Assembly (NCBI GenBank): GCA_035063585.1
Contig: JAPSGB010000029.1
Coordinates: 1-60,381 of the forward strand
DNA from: Polyangiaceae bacterium
Lineage (GTDB): Bacteria > Myxococcota_A > Polyangia > Polyangiales > Polyangiaceae
Length of the DNA: 60,381 nucleotides
Reading direction: 5' to 3'
The translations under genes and the position numbers were made by a program. The notes below the pieces were generated by a model. That model was not told where the DNA came from, did not search any database, and saw only the letters and a list, made by a program, of their open reading frames with translations. This document shows, one piece after another, positions 1 through 9,013 of this stretch. Each line of letters opens with the position of its first letter. Position 1 is the first letter of the stretch.

Positions 1-118
1 GCTGCTGCCTTGCGCTGCCTCGTCGCGCCGATCCTCGCGGCGAAGACACCGAGGATCCACGATCCGCGCGGGGGTCCATTCTCGTGAGCGCCCTGGGGTC
101 ACTCTTGGCGAGCGCTGA

Positions 119-1094
119 AGCTCCACCGCGTTCGCGCGGTGGCCCCATTGAAGCAGCGGCCACTTGACCGTCCTATCCATACCGCGCCAACTCTCCACCG
201 CGTTCGCGCGGTGGCCCCATTGAAGCGCGGCGCCGATCGTCGGCGCGATCCCGGGTGTGGGCTCTCCACCGCGTTCGCGCGGTGGCCCCATTGAAGCTAC
301 TGCGGCGAGGTGTGGGCGCTCGACGACACGCTCGCCTCTCCACCGCGTTCGCGCGGTGGCCCCATTGAAGCACGACCACCGCGCCCGAAAAATTCACCGC
401 GTAGCGCCTCTCCACCGCGTTCGCGCGGTGGCCCCATTGAAGCAGCGATCTGCGCCGCTGGGCGCAGTTTCGTATCGACCACCTCTCCACCGCGTTCGCG
501 CGGTGGCCCCATTGAAGCTCCACACCCCGAGCACTCGCCGCGGCACCGACTGACCGCTCTCCACCGCGTTCGCGCGGTGGCCCCATTGAAGCGCGCGTGC
601 CAGCGGGGGCTTTGGAGCCGGCGAGAGAGGCTCTCCACCGCGTTCGCGCGGTGGCCCCATTGAAGCGCGCCGAGTGCGCCGGCGGAGGCGTCGGAGGGTG
701 ACCTCTCCACCGCGTTCGCGCGGTGGCCCCATTGAAGCGTGAGCGGCGGCTCGCCGTCGTCCGTCCACGCGCACCCTCTCCACCGCGTTCGCGCGGTGGC
801 CCCATTGAAGCCCGAAGGGGTGTATCTCGCGACCATTTCGCAGGCTACCTCTCCACCGCGTTCGCGCGGTGGCCCCATTGAAGCGCGGCACGCGCCGCGC
901 CATCGCTGCGTGGCGGGCTCCTCTCCACCGCGTTCGCGCGGTGGCCCCATTGAAGCTTGGATGAACGTCTGTATTGCAGCCGCGGGACCCCCTCTCTCCA
1001 CCGCGTTCGCGCGGTGGCCCCATTGAAGCTCGCGGCCCGCCCGCTTGCGCCCGGTCGCCGCGAGCGCTCTCCACCGCGTTCGCGCGGTGGCCCC
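119..1094 (+). CRISPR. Type I-G CRISPR array, 14 repeats and 13 spacers (35-39 bp); repeat CTCTCCACCGCGTTCGCGCGGTGGCCCCATTGAAGC (36 bp)
   Basis: Repeats start at about 119, 191, 262, 336, 408, 483, 557, 631, 703, 776, 849, 921, 994 and 1067. Each has an 8-bp stem CCACCGCG/CGCGGTGG with a TTCG loop. The 3' ATTGAAGC handle is typical of I-G repeats and implies + orientation. The first repeat begins AG instead of CT; the last lacks its final 8 nt. Confidence 0.98.
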
Positions 1095-2689
1095 TATCCC
1101 TCGGGGAGCGCGCGGAGCCGGCCGAGGCCGAAGTGGCTAGCGTACCCGAGGGTGAGCGGGCCAGCGACGGGCTCCTCGAAGCGCAGGCGTAGCGCGAAAC
1201 CGACGTCAACGGGCGGAGGCGGGCCGCCGTCCCGCTTGCGCACGAAGCGCCGGAGCGGGAGCGCCTCGCCGGCCCAGGTGAGGCGCTCGACCTCGGCCGC
1301 TAGAAAGCCCCGGCTGCGCAACTCCTCCGCGACCTGCCCCTCGAGCGTTGCGCGCCCGCGCCTCTTCAGATAGCGCGGCGGCACGAACGGCGACGCCGTC
1401 ATCCACTCGCGCGCGCCGCCGGGCGGTCCGAGCAGCGCCTCGACGCCGCCCTCAAGCCCGGCGCGAAGCGCCCGCAGATCGGCGAGCTCGCCCGCACCCG
1501 CGACGGCCAACTGCAGCTCGCCGACGCCCCCCTTCATGTACGTCTTGCGCAGCCGCCGGAGCGCGCCCTGCGCCCGCGCGCTGAGACCCATCGGCGCGTA
1601 GACGAGCAGATGCTCGATCCGCCCGTCCCCATCCAGATCGAGCGGCAGCAGGTGCGCGTGCCGGTGCCCCTTGAGCAACTCGCCCGCCTCGCCGCGCCCG
1701 ACCAGCTCGGGACACGGTGGGCCACCGTAGCCGAGCTGTGACACGATCGCGCGGTGGAGCAGCTCCGCCTGCGGCAGCGTCCGCTCGAGCGACGGCAGCG
1801 CCGAGCGTGAGCCGCTCGGCGTCGCCAGCGCGAGGAGCATCATCTCGACGGGTGGCCCCACTACCGCACGCGGCGACGCCGGGGGTCCGATCTCGAGCGC
1901 GCCGCCCTCGCGCCAATACGTCACGGAGCGCATCCCCGGCGGCCGGCCCCAGCGCTGCGCCTTCCACCACCCGGTGTCCCGCTGCAGGCAGTCGAGCAGA
2001 TCGGCCGGGTAGGCCCCCTCCGCCGCGTCGATCTTCTTCTGCTGCGCCTTCGTCGGCTTCTTCCCCCTCGGAAGCGCGAGTGGCGCGAGAAGCGCGTCGA
2101 GCTCGGCCCGCCGCCACGACGCGTAGCCCTCTGCCGGCTCGGGCGCGCTCAGCAGCACCTGCTCGAAGTGCCTCCCGGGCGCCGCGCCCTGCTCGTGCGG
2201 GAAGGCGCGGCCCGCGCGCGGGAGCTCGGCGTCGTCCGGCGCCGACGCGGCGAGCACCCAGCTCTCGCTCCGCCCGAGGTAGCCGAGGTGCGTCGTGAGC
2301 GTCTCGAAGAGCCGGGCGGCCTCGTCGTCGAGCGCCACTGGCCAGCGCACCCAGACGACGCCCTCGCCGACGTCCGCGAAGGTGTCGAACACGAGCGTCG
2401 TCTTCTCGCGGTCGCGGTCGAGCGCCGCGAGCGGCATATAATGGCGCGAGTGCGCGAGCGCCGCGGGCGGGAGCCGGTACTCCGGCAGGACGCCGCTCAG
2501 CGACTCGACGAGCCGCCGCCCTGCGGGCGGCACCTCCTGCCAGCGCTGCGTCGTGAAGCCGCAGGCGAGCAGCGCGCGCACGAGCCGCCAGGGGCTCGGC
2601 GGCCACTCGACGACGCCCTCGTTCACGTGGTGGCCCCCCGGCGTCGCGTGGTAGCGGCCGCCCGGGAAGCGCAGGACCATCGTCGGCAT
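1094..2689 (-). CDS. csb2: Type I-G Cas5/Cas6 fusion Csb2
   Basis: N-terminal 'GRYHATP...EWPPSPWRLVRAL' and 'LGYLGRSESWV'; C-terminal Cas6 G-rich loop 'LGYASHFGLG'; TGATG overlap with cas7. Confidence 0.93.
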   Translation of the reverse strand: MPTMVLRFPGGRYHATPGGHHVNEGVVEWPPSPWRLVRALLACGFTTQRWQEVPPAGRRLVESLSGVLPEYRLPPAALAHSRHYMPLAALDRDREKTTLVFDTFADVGEGVVWVRWPVALDDEAARLFETLTTHLGYLGRSESWVLAASAPDDAELPRAGRAFPHEQGAAPGRHFEQVLLSAPEPAEGYASWRRAELDALLAPLALPRGKKPTKAQQKKIDAAEGAYPADLLDCLQRDTGWWKAQRWGRPPGMRSVTYWREGGALEIGPPASPRAVVGPPVEMMLLALATPSGSRSALPSLERTLPQAELLHRAIVSQLGYGGPPCPELVGRGEAGELLKGHRHAHLLPLDLDGDGRIEHLLVYAPMGLSARAQGALRRLRKTYMKGGVGELQLAVAGAGELADLRALRAGLEGGVEALLGPPGGAREWMTASPFVPPRYLKRRGRATLEGQVAEELRSRGFLAAEVERLTWAGEALPLRRFVRKRDGGPPPPVDVGFALRLRFEEPVAGPLTLGYASHFGLGRLRALPEG

Positions 2690-3699
2690 CAGTCGTCTCC
2701 GCCCGCCTCGTCTTCGTCACCCGACGCCTCGACCGCCTGCTTCTTCTTCGCCGGCTCGATTTTCACGTCGTAGACCGTCTCGGTGTGCTGCATCAGGCCG
2801 CGGTTCTTCTCGATCGCGGCGCGCAGGTCAGACGTGAGCGCGCTCAGCGCGGGCAACTCGAACCCCTCGGGGCGATTCGCCTTGATCGCGCGCGAGACGG
2901 GCTCGAGGTCGCAGGCCGTGCGCAGCCGGAGATCTCCATCAAGCAGCTTGCGCAGCCGGTAGAGGCCGAGGAGCACGAGCATCCGCTCGACGTCCGCGCC
3001 GAGGCCGTAGCCGCGGAGCTGCGCGAGATCGAAGTTCACATGGAGGACGATCCGTTCCGCGGTGAATTCGTCGCGCGCGAAGGGCACGTTGCCGAATCCG
3101 GTCGACGTCTCGCCGCCGGGGTTGACGTGGTCGTTCTTGACGCCGCCCGAGGGCGCGACCCGCACGCCGCTCGCCTCGATGAACGCCGAGAGGGCGCGCG
3201 CGACGCGCAGGCGCCCGCCGGCCAGCTCGCTCTTCGCGAGGAAGACGCCGTGCAGCAGGCTCCCCACGTCGTACTTGAGCAGCACCTGCGCGAGCAGCCG
3301 CCGGTTGATCGGCCCGCTTGCGAAGACGCCGAGTTCCTGCTTCAGCTCCTCGACGAACTTCGACTTCGGCGCCTCGAGGATGTAGGGGCTGTTCAGGCGA
3401 TGCGCCTCGAGCATGGTGTCGGTGAGGAAGTTCCCGTGCTGCTTCACCGTGACGTGGCTGATCCCGTCGAGCGCGGCGACCGGCCGCGCGTGGACGGCGT
3501 CCCAGACCGTCGCCTCCAGGCGGTTCGCCATGCTCTGCGCGGACTCCACGAGCAGCTTCTGCCCGCTCATGGTCTGGTAGGTGGCCGCGCCGAGGCTCGG
3601 GAAGCCCGTCGCCTGGAAGCGATCCCCCTGGACGGGCTGGAGGTCCACGGAGAAGAGGAGGCGGGTGGCGGTGTCGAGCGAGCTGATGTCGAGGGTCAT
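2689..3699 (-). CDS. cas7: Type I-G Cas7 (Csb1) backbone subunit
   Basis: Motifs 'RFQATGFPSLG', 'LLVESAQSMANRLE', 'EAHRLNSPY', 'SGGVKNDHV', 'GFGNVPF', 'LRLRTACDL'; operon position. Confidence 0.93.
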   Translation of the reverse strand: MTLDISSLDTATRLLFSVDLQPVQGDRFQATGFPSLGAATYQTMSGQKLLVESAQSMANRLEATVWDAVHARPVAALDGISHVTVKQHGNFLTDTMLEAHRLNSPYILEAPKSKFVEELKQELGVFASGPINRRLLAQVLLKYDVGSLLHGVFLAKSELAGGRLRVARALSAFIEASGVRVAPSGGVKNDHVNPGGETSTGFGNVPFARDEFTAERIVLHVNFDLAQLRGYGLGADVERMLVLLGLYRLRKLLDGDLRLRTACDLEPVSRAIKANRPEGFELPALSALTSDLRAAIEKNRGLMQHTETVYDVKIEPAKKKQAVEASGDEDEAGGDD

Positions 3700-5930
3700 G
3701 GGGTCTCCCTGGCGGTGGGGTTTTCGAAGCGATCGGCCATCGCCTCGGCGACGGCGGGGTCGATGGGGAAGGCGAGCGCGGCGGCCCAGCGGCGCGCCGT
3801 GAGCGGGTCGGCGGTCGCCGCGACGACGGGCGGGCGCAGCCCCGAGGCGCGCAGCCGGCGCAGCGCCAGCGCCACCGCGCCCGTCACGTCGCCCGCGGCG
3901 AGCCGCCGGACCATGGCGGGCTCGGCGGCGATCGCCTGCCCGCGCACCGGGAAGGGGAGCAGGCAGAGCCGCACCGCCTCCCAGCCCTCGTCGAGCCGCG
4001 CGCCCCCCGCGCTCGAGCGCGAGGGGCGCGCGCGCCGCCAGTCGAGGGCCATGAGCGCCTGCCCGAGCGCGAGTACACGCTCGGCGTCGATGCGGGCCTC
4101 AAGGAAGCACGCGAGGTCACCGAACCGCGCGCCCGCGCCCGAGGGCGAGGCGAGCGGGAGCGTCCGCGTCGAGCGCTGTGAGGCCTCGACGAGGCGCCGC
4201 TCGACGAGCGCGATGAGGTCGCTCATCGGTTCGCGACCGTTCATCACCACGCGCGGATCGTTGAGCAGCCGAGCATCCGCTCCTGTCGCATAGCGATCGA
4301 TCCGCTTGGCATCGATCGGAAGCACGTGGGCTCGTGCAGGGTCGAGTGGCCGCCCTGCGCGGTAGTCCGCGGCCGCGCTCCCGAGCGCGACGGCAAGCCG
4401 CCACTCCGGGCATGCATTCGCTGCGGCGTCGAGCCATTCCGCGGAGAGCCTGGGACAAGGCCCCGCCTTGAACGCGGTACCACTTGCTTGAACGCGCTCG
4501 ACCGCGGTGATCGCGAGGAGGAGCCCCTGCCATCGCTCGGGCTCCGCGTCGCGCGTGACCACATCGAACACCGCGTCCGAGAGTCGGTTCACAGCGATAC
4601 GAAGCCGTGCTGTGGACTCCTTGCCGAGCTCGCGCCGCAGACGGTCGAGCCAGCCCGCGAGGTCGTCGATGAGCCGCGCGCGGGATCGCTCGGCGACCTG
4701 CACGCGCCCGAGCGGCACGGCGAGGTTGCTCTGGCCGTTGCGCTCCAGGTAGCCATAGCGGACGAAGCCCGTGAGTCCCCGCGCGACGCCGAGCGTGCTG
4801 ATCGCTCGCGCGAAGTCGAGCGGCCGGTGCGCCGATGCGCGCCCGAGTTGCGCGCGCCCCTCGCCGAGGAGCGCGCTCACGTCGGACCAACTCGCGGCCT
4901 GCTCCCACAGCGGCATCCACTGCTCGCCGCGCGCGTCCTTCTCCTGGCCGGGCGTCGCGTAACCCACCGCCTGCGCCGCTACGGCGAAGGGGATCGCGGC
5001 GCGCGGGTTCTCCTGCGCTCCCAGCCTGCGCGTGGCCTGGCCGCGGAACGCGACGGCCCCCTCGAGCATCAGGACGAAGTCCCACGGGTTGATCTGCGCG
5101 CCGCCGCCCGGGCCGGTCGTCGCGTTCGCGCCGCCCGCGGAGCCGGGGAGGAACTGGCCGACGGCGGCGCCCACAAGCGCCGGCGAGGGCCTCTGGAAGA
5201 GCGCGGCCCGCAGTAGCCCGAGCGCGCTCTGCGCCGGTGCGCCGTCCGCGGACGCGAGGTCGAAGAGCTCCCCGAGCCGCTGCATCGCTGCGTTGGTGAA
5301 GTCCAGGTTGCCGTCGTTCCCGCCCGTGCCGAGGAGTGAGGGGTAGGTCGGCCCCTCCGCCGACAAGACGACCGCGGCGTCGACCCACTCGCGGTGAGGC
5401 CCACGGAACGAGCGCGCGAGCGGAGTGAAGAGATCGGCCTTGAGGCGCTTGAACTCGCGCTCCGCGGCGGCCAACTCCTGCTTGTGCTCCGCGCTCGCGC
5501 GCAGGCGCGCCTGCTCTGCGCTGCTCAGCGTCTTGTCTTTCGCGCGGTCCTTGATGTTCCGCACACGGGCGTCCGCCTCGACCATCGACTCGAGAGGCTC
5601 GCGGGCGGCGGCGATCCCTCGCCGGAACGGCTCGAACCGCGCCGCGCGGGACGCCTCGATGGGGGCGAGCCCCTTGTCGCCCTCTTTGTAGAAGCCCGAG
5701 CCCTTGTTCCACGGCGAGACGAAGGGGGTCGGCGCGTACTCCTCGAGGAAGAACGCCTCGAGCGCGGCCTCGTCGAGCGCCGTGAGGAGCCAGAAGTCTT
5801 GGTCTCGCCAGAAGCCCCGCGCGCCCGGGTCGCGCTGCTGCGCGACTACGCGGAGCACGCCGAGGGCCTTCAGGTAGTGGGCGAGCGGCGCCGGCGCGCA
5901 GCCCTCGAGACGGTGGAGGTGGAAGGTCAT
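3696..5930 (-). CDS. cas8g: Type I-G large subunit Cas8g (Csx17)
   Basis: 'GCAPAPLAHYLKALGVLR', 'PWNKGSGFY', 'LLGTGGNDGNLDFT', 'NPWDFVLMLEGA', 'RGEQWMPLW'; ATGA overlaps with both neighbours. Confidence 0.92.
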   Translation of the reverse strand: MTFHLHRLEGCAPAPLAHYLKALGVLRVVAQQRDPGARGFWRDQDFWLLTALDEAALEAFFLEEYAPTPFVSPWNKGSGFYKEGDKGLAPIEASRAARFEPFRRGIAAAREPLESMVEADARVRNIKDRAKDKTLSSAEQARLRASAEHKQELAAAEREFKRLKADLFTPLARSFRGPHREWVDAAVVLSAEGPTYPSLLGTGGNDGNLDFTNAAMQRLGELFDLASADGAPAQSALGLLRAALFQRPSPALVGAAVGQFLPGSAGGANATTGPGGGAQINPWDFVLMLEGAVAFRGQATRRLGAQENPRAAIPFAVAAQAVGYATPGQEKDARGEQWMPLWEQAASWSDVSALLGEGRAQLGRASAHRPLDFARAISTLGVARGLTGFVRYGYLERNGQSNLAVPLGRVQVAERSRARLIDDLAGWLDRLRRELGKESTARLRIAVNRLSDAVFDVVTRDAEPERWQGLLLAITAVERVQASGTAFKAGPCPRLSAEWLDAAANACPEWRLAVALGSAAADYRAGRPLDPARAHVLPIDAKRIDRYATGADARLLNDPRVVMNGREPMSDLIALVERRLVEASQRSTRTLPLASPSGAGARFGDLACFLEARIDAERVLALGQALMALDWRRARPSRSSAGGARLDEGWEAVRLCLLPFPVRGQAIAAEPAMVRRLAAGDVTGAVALALRRLRASGLRPPVVAATADPLTARRWAAALAFPIDPAVAEAMADRFENPTARETP

Positions 5931-8692
5931 GGCGTGCCTCCTGCCGCCTCCGCGTCGAACGCGGGGGTGGCGAGCCGCGGATCGATCGTCGTGAGCTTCG
6001 ACGCGCGCCGGTCGGCGGCAATGAGCAAGGCCTCCAGCAGCGCGAGCGGGCCGGGGCCGTAAGTGTGGAGCAGCGCCGCGGTGCGCTCACGCCAGCTCCG
6101 CCCCGTGGCCGGAGAGAGGCCGAGCGCCGCTGGCGCGAGCGTCAGCGTGAGGGCCGGGAGCATACCGGCCCTCTCGAGCGCCACAGCCGGGAGCGCGTCC
6201 CCCTCGCGCACCCCGCGGACGGGCAGGCCACGCCCGTCGCGCGGCACGTACTCCTGGTCCTTCGGCCCCGCGTGGAGCGCGACGCGCACCTTGCCGTGGT
6301 GCGCGAGCACGAGGTAGGCGAGCAGGTCGAATTCCTCTGCCGTGCACGCGAGCACCTCGCGCTCGAGCGGCGTCGCCTCCGCCGGATCCGCGGCCGGCGC
6401 GGGCGGCGGGCGCTCGCCCAAGAGCTCGAGCGCGCCAGCCCACGGCCCGAGCAACGCCGCGTGCGTCGGCTCGTAGCGCTCGAGCACTGCGAAGAGCGCG
6501 AGGCAGCTCGCGAGCTCGTGCCGGAAGCCGCGCCGCGCCTCACCGCTCGCCCGGCGGTAGCGGCAAGGTCGCTGCCAGGCACCGTCCGGAGCCTTGGCGA
6601 GATCGACGCGCTGCGCGTACGGCCCGCGCTGCTCGATGATCGCCTGGAAGGCCGGGTGCGCCTTGCCGAGATCGTGCCAGTGGCCCGCGAGGGCCAGGAG
6701 CGCGCCGAGCCGCTTCCCGCCTGGCAGCACCGCGCGGGCGAGGCGCGCCGCCTCCTCGGCGACCTCGGCGCCGTGCGTCGCGATCGTCTTGTACGCAGCC
6801 GCGGCGCTCAGTGCCTCCGTGTCGTCGAGCTCGTCCGCCGTGTCCTGCGCGACGCGGGAGGCCGCGGCGAGCGTGCGCACGGCCGCCTTCGACTCCGGTG
6901 CGAACCCCCGCTCCTCGTGGTAGCCGCCCGTGTCTGCGGCCACGCACACGACCGCCCCCGGGCGCAGTGCTGCACGATCTGCTACCCTCCACTCCCCCTC
7001 GATCCAGTCCCAGACCCAGGCGCGCCGCGACGCCGAGAGGCGTGGCTGCGCGCGCTCCTTCGTCGCCTTGCCGCAGAGCCAGTCGCGGACCGCGAGGAAC
7101 GGCACGTTGCAGAGCTCTTCGCGCGAGGCGCGCCGCTCCTTCGCGGGGCGCGGCGCCGGTGCGCCTTTCTTCACCGCGGGCACATCCACCCAGAAGACCG
7201 ACAGGTCGCGCTCGTCGCCGCTCCGGATGTAGGTGCTCACATCGACATCTGCACCCGTGAGATCCGGCGTCGTGTCAAAGAGCTCGTCGCGCTCTCGGCG
7301 CAGGAGCAGCCGCGCAGGCTCATAGCGATAGAGGCGCGCACGGTCCGCGTCGGAGAGGCTCTGCTCGAAGGCCTCGAGCGCGCCGATCCCCACCCCGGCC
7401 TCCGCCGTCGAGAGCCGTTCGAGAGCCGCCCAAGCGGCCTCGACTTCTTCGAGTCCATAGGGCCGCGCGCGCCGTTCGTCGCGCCCCCGGTCGACCACGA
7501 CGACGCGGCCCTCGCCGCCGTAGCGCGCGCAGCGTCCGAAGCGCTGGACGATGCTCGACCACGGCGCGAGCTCGGTGACGAGCGCCGTCGCGCTGAGGTC
7601 GACCCCTGCTTCGACAACTTGCGTCGCGATGAGGATCCGATCGACGCCAGGTGCACACGCCTCGCGGCTCAAGAATTCCGCCCGCCACCCCACGCGCTCG
7701 TGCGGACGGAACCGGCTATGGACGAGCCGCAACTCCGCCGGTGCTCCGAGCTTCGCCAGCGCGTCGTAGGTGCGTGTCGCCCGATCGACCGTGTTGCAAA
7801 CGACGAGCGTCACCCGCCCGTTCGCCGCCCGCTCGGGCTCCGGCGACTCGGCGTGGACGCGCGCGACGAGCTCGGCAAAGGCCCGCTCGCCGTTCGCGTC
7901 GATCTCGGTGAGCTCGAGCGACTTCCGGACTGTTGCGAGGCCCTCGCTGAGCGCGCTCGGGCTGAGCGTCGTGGGCGCCTCCGACCACGACGGGCAGCGC
8001 GCGGCGGTGTCCACCGACTCGAGCCAGCCTGGCTGGAGCGTCGCGCTCATCCACCAGCTGAGCCGCGGCCGGAGCATGCGCCCGGCCGCGGCGTCATCGT
8101 CGAAGAAGGCCTGAAGCTGCGCGCTCGACGCGAGGCCCACGTCCATGAGTTGCACCTCGTCGAGCACCCAGAGCGCGTCTTGGCTGAGGAGCCCGAGCTC
8201 CATCGGCCAGCGCGCCCGCGGCGCCGCGTAGCCCCGGTTCAGGGCGCGTGAGAGCGCCATGTCCTGCGTGGAGACGAAGACCGCGGGCTCCTCCGGGTAG
8301 AGGTTCCACTCGCTTCCCGCGTCGGTGCCGCCCATGAGGAGGTGCACGCCCACCTTGTTCCGGTGATCTTCGCCGGACTGCCAGAGCAGCTCGAGTCGCT
8401 CGAGGCAGGCGCGCACCTCGGCGGCGGTTTGCTCCACGAGCACCCGCATCGGCAGCACCCAGACGAGCCGCCGCGGCCAGCGCGCGTCGCCGCGCGCGAC
8501 GCGGTGGTAGAGCCAGGCGCCGAGCGCGCCGAGCGTCTTGCCGTAGCCCGTCGGGATCTGGATGAGCCGCGAGCGCGGCGCCTGCTCCGCGGCGAGCGCC
8601 GCCTGCCACTCGCGCGGCGCGGACACCGCGCGCTCCGGCGACGAAGCGAAGCGCGCGAACCACTCCGCGTACGGCGGCACCGACGCGCTCAC
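5927..8692 (-). CDS. cas3: Type I-G Cas3 helicase-nuclease (helicase N-terminal, HD domain C-terminal)
   Basis: Walker A 'IPTGYGKT', 'DEVQ', 'SAT', 'TQVVEAGVD', 'QRFGRCAR'; C-terminal HD motifs 'WHDLGK', 'RHELAS', 'HHGK', 'ADRRAS'. GTG start. Confidence 0.95.
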   Translation of the reverse strand: MSASVPPYAEWFARFASSPERAVSAPREWQAALAAEQAPRSRLIQIPTGYGKTLGALGAWLYHRVARGDARWPRRLVWVLPMRVLVEQTAAEVRACLERLELLWQSGEDHRNKVGVHLLMGGTDAGSEWNLYPEEPAVFVSTQDMALSRALNRGYAAPRARWPMELGLLSQDALWVLDEVQLMDVGLASSAQLQAFFDDDAAAGRMLRPRLSWWMSATLQPGWLESVDTAARCPSWSEAPTTLSPSALSEGLATVRKSLELTEIDANGERAFAELVARVHAESPEPERAANGRVTLVVCNTVDRATRTYDALAKLGAPAELRLVHSRFRPHERVGWRAEFLSREACAPGVDRILIATQVVEAGVDLSATALVTELAPWSSIVQRFGRCARYGGEGRVVVVDRGRDERRARPYGLEEVEAAWAALERLSTAEAGVGIGALEAFEQSLSDADRARLYRYEPARLLLRRERDELFDTTPDLTGADVDVSTYIRSGDERDLSVFWVDVPAVKKGAPAPRPAKERRASREELCNVPFLAVRDWLCGKATKERAQPRLSASRRAWVWDWIEGEWRVADRAALRPGAVVCVAADTGGYHEERGFAPESKAAVRTLAAASRVAQDTADELDDTEALSAAAAYKTIATHGAEVAEEAARLARAVLPGGKRLGALLALAGHWHDLGKAHPAFQAIIEQRGPYAQRVDLAKAPDGAWQRPCRYRRASGEARRGFRHELASCLALFAVLERYEPTHAALLGPWAGALELLGERPPPAPAADPAEATPLEREVLACTAEEFDLLAYLVLAHHGKVRVALHAGPKDQEYVPRDGRGLPVRGVREGDALPAVALERAGMLPALTLTLAPAALGLSPATGRSWRERTAALLHTYGPGPLALLEALLIAADRRASKLTTIDPRLATPAFDAEAAGGTP

Positions 8693-8787
8693 CGCGCGCC
8701 CCGCGGGCTACGCTCCAGGCCGCACGCGCCACCGGCGCACGGACGGCGCGTACGGGGACCCTGAGAGGACTCGAGACGCAGAGACAT
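8689..8787 (-). CDS. Putative 32-aa leader ORF coupled to cas3 (MSLRLESSQGPRTRRPCAGGACGLERSPRGAR)
   Basis: SD GGAGGAG 7 nt before ATG; its TGA overlaps the cas3 GTG (GTGA). Confidence 0.4.
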   Translation of the reverse strand: MSLRLESSQGPRTRRPCAGGACGLERSPRGAR

Positions 8788-9013
8788 GGAGCCACTCCTC
8801 CGACGAGATCCAGCTTCGGCATCTCCCGAAGTGGAGATGTGAATTGGTTGTAGGTTCTTCGTTAGCACTACTGCCAGAGGTTTTCTCACGCGGTACGGGT
8901 GAAGCGCTCGGCTGTGCAGCGTGAGGCTTCGTAGGGACGGTAACAGAAGGGGCAACGTGGGAGTCAGTGACCGAGGACGACCCTAATCGGCCGGCAGCGT
9001 TCTTGCTGCGCCC

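Noticed and set aside
155..190. Spacer 1 resembles the cas upstream region near 8935 (GGACGGT)
   Set aside because: Only a 7-nt core matches and the flanks do not.
1030..1066. Spacer 13 shares CCCGCTTGCGC with the csb2 3' region (about 1231-1241), suggesting self-targeting
   Set aside because: Only about 24 of 37 positions match ungapped in very GC-rich DNA, which is compatible with chance.
173..1209. Several ORFs across the array with repeating 'LQWGHRANAVE'/'FNGATARTRWR'/'ASMGPPRERGGE'
   Set aside because: They are translations of the CRISPR repeats, not genes.
3696..4300. Internally translated Cas11 in the cas8g 3' end
   Set aside because: No well-spaced SD and start pair found, and I-G is not known to use Cas11.
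8860..8970. Possible group II intron fragment or riboswitch in the low-GC region upstream of cas3
   Set aside because: No domain V, no reverse transcriptase and no recognisable aptamer core; an Rfam scan would be needed.
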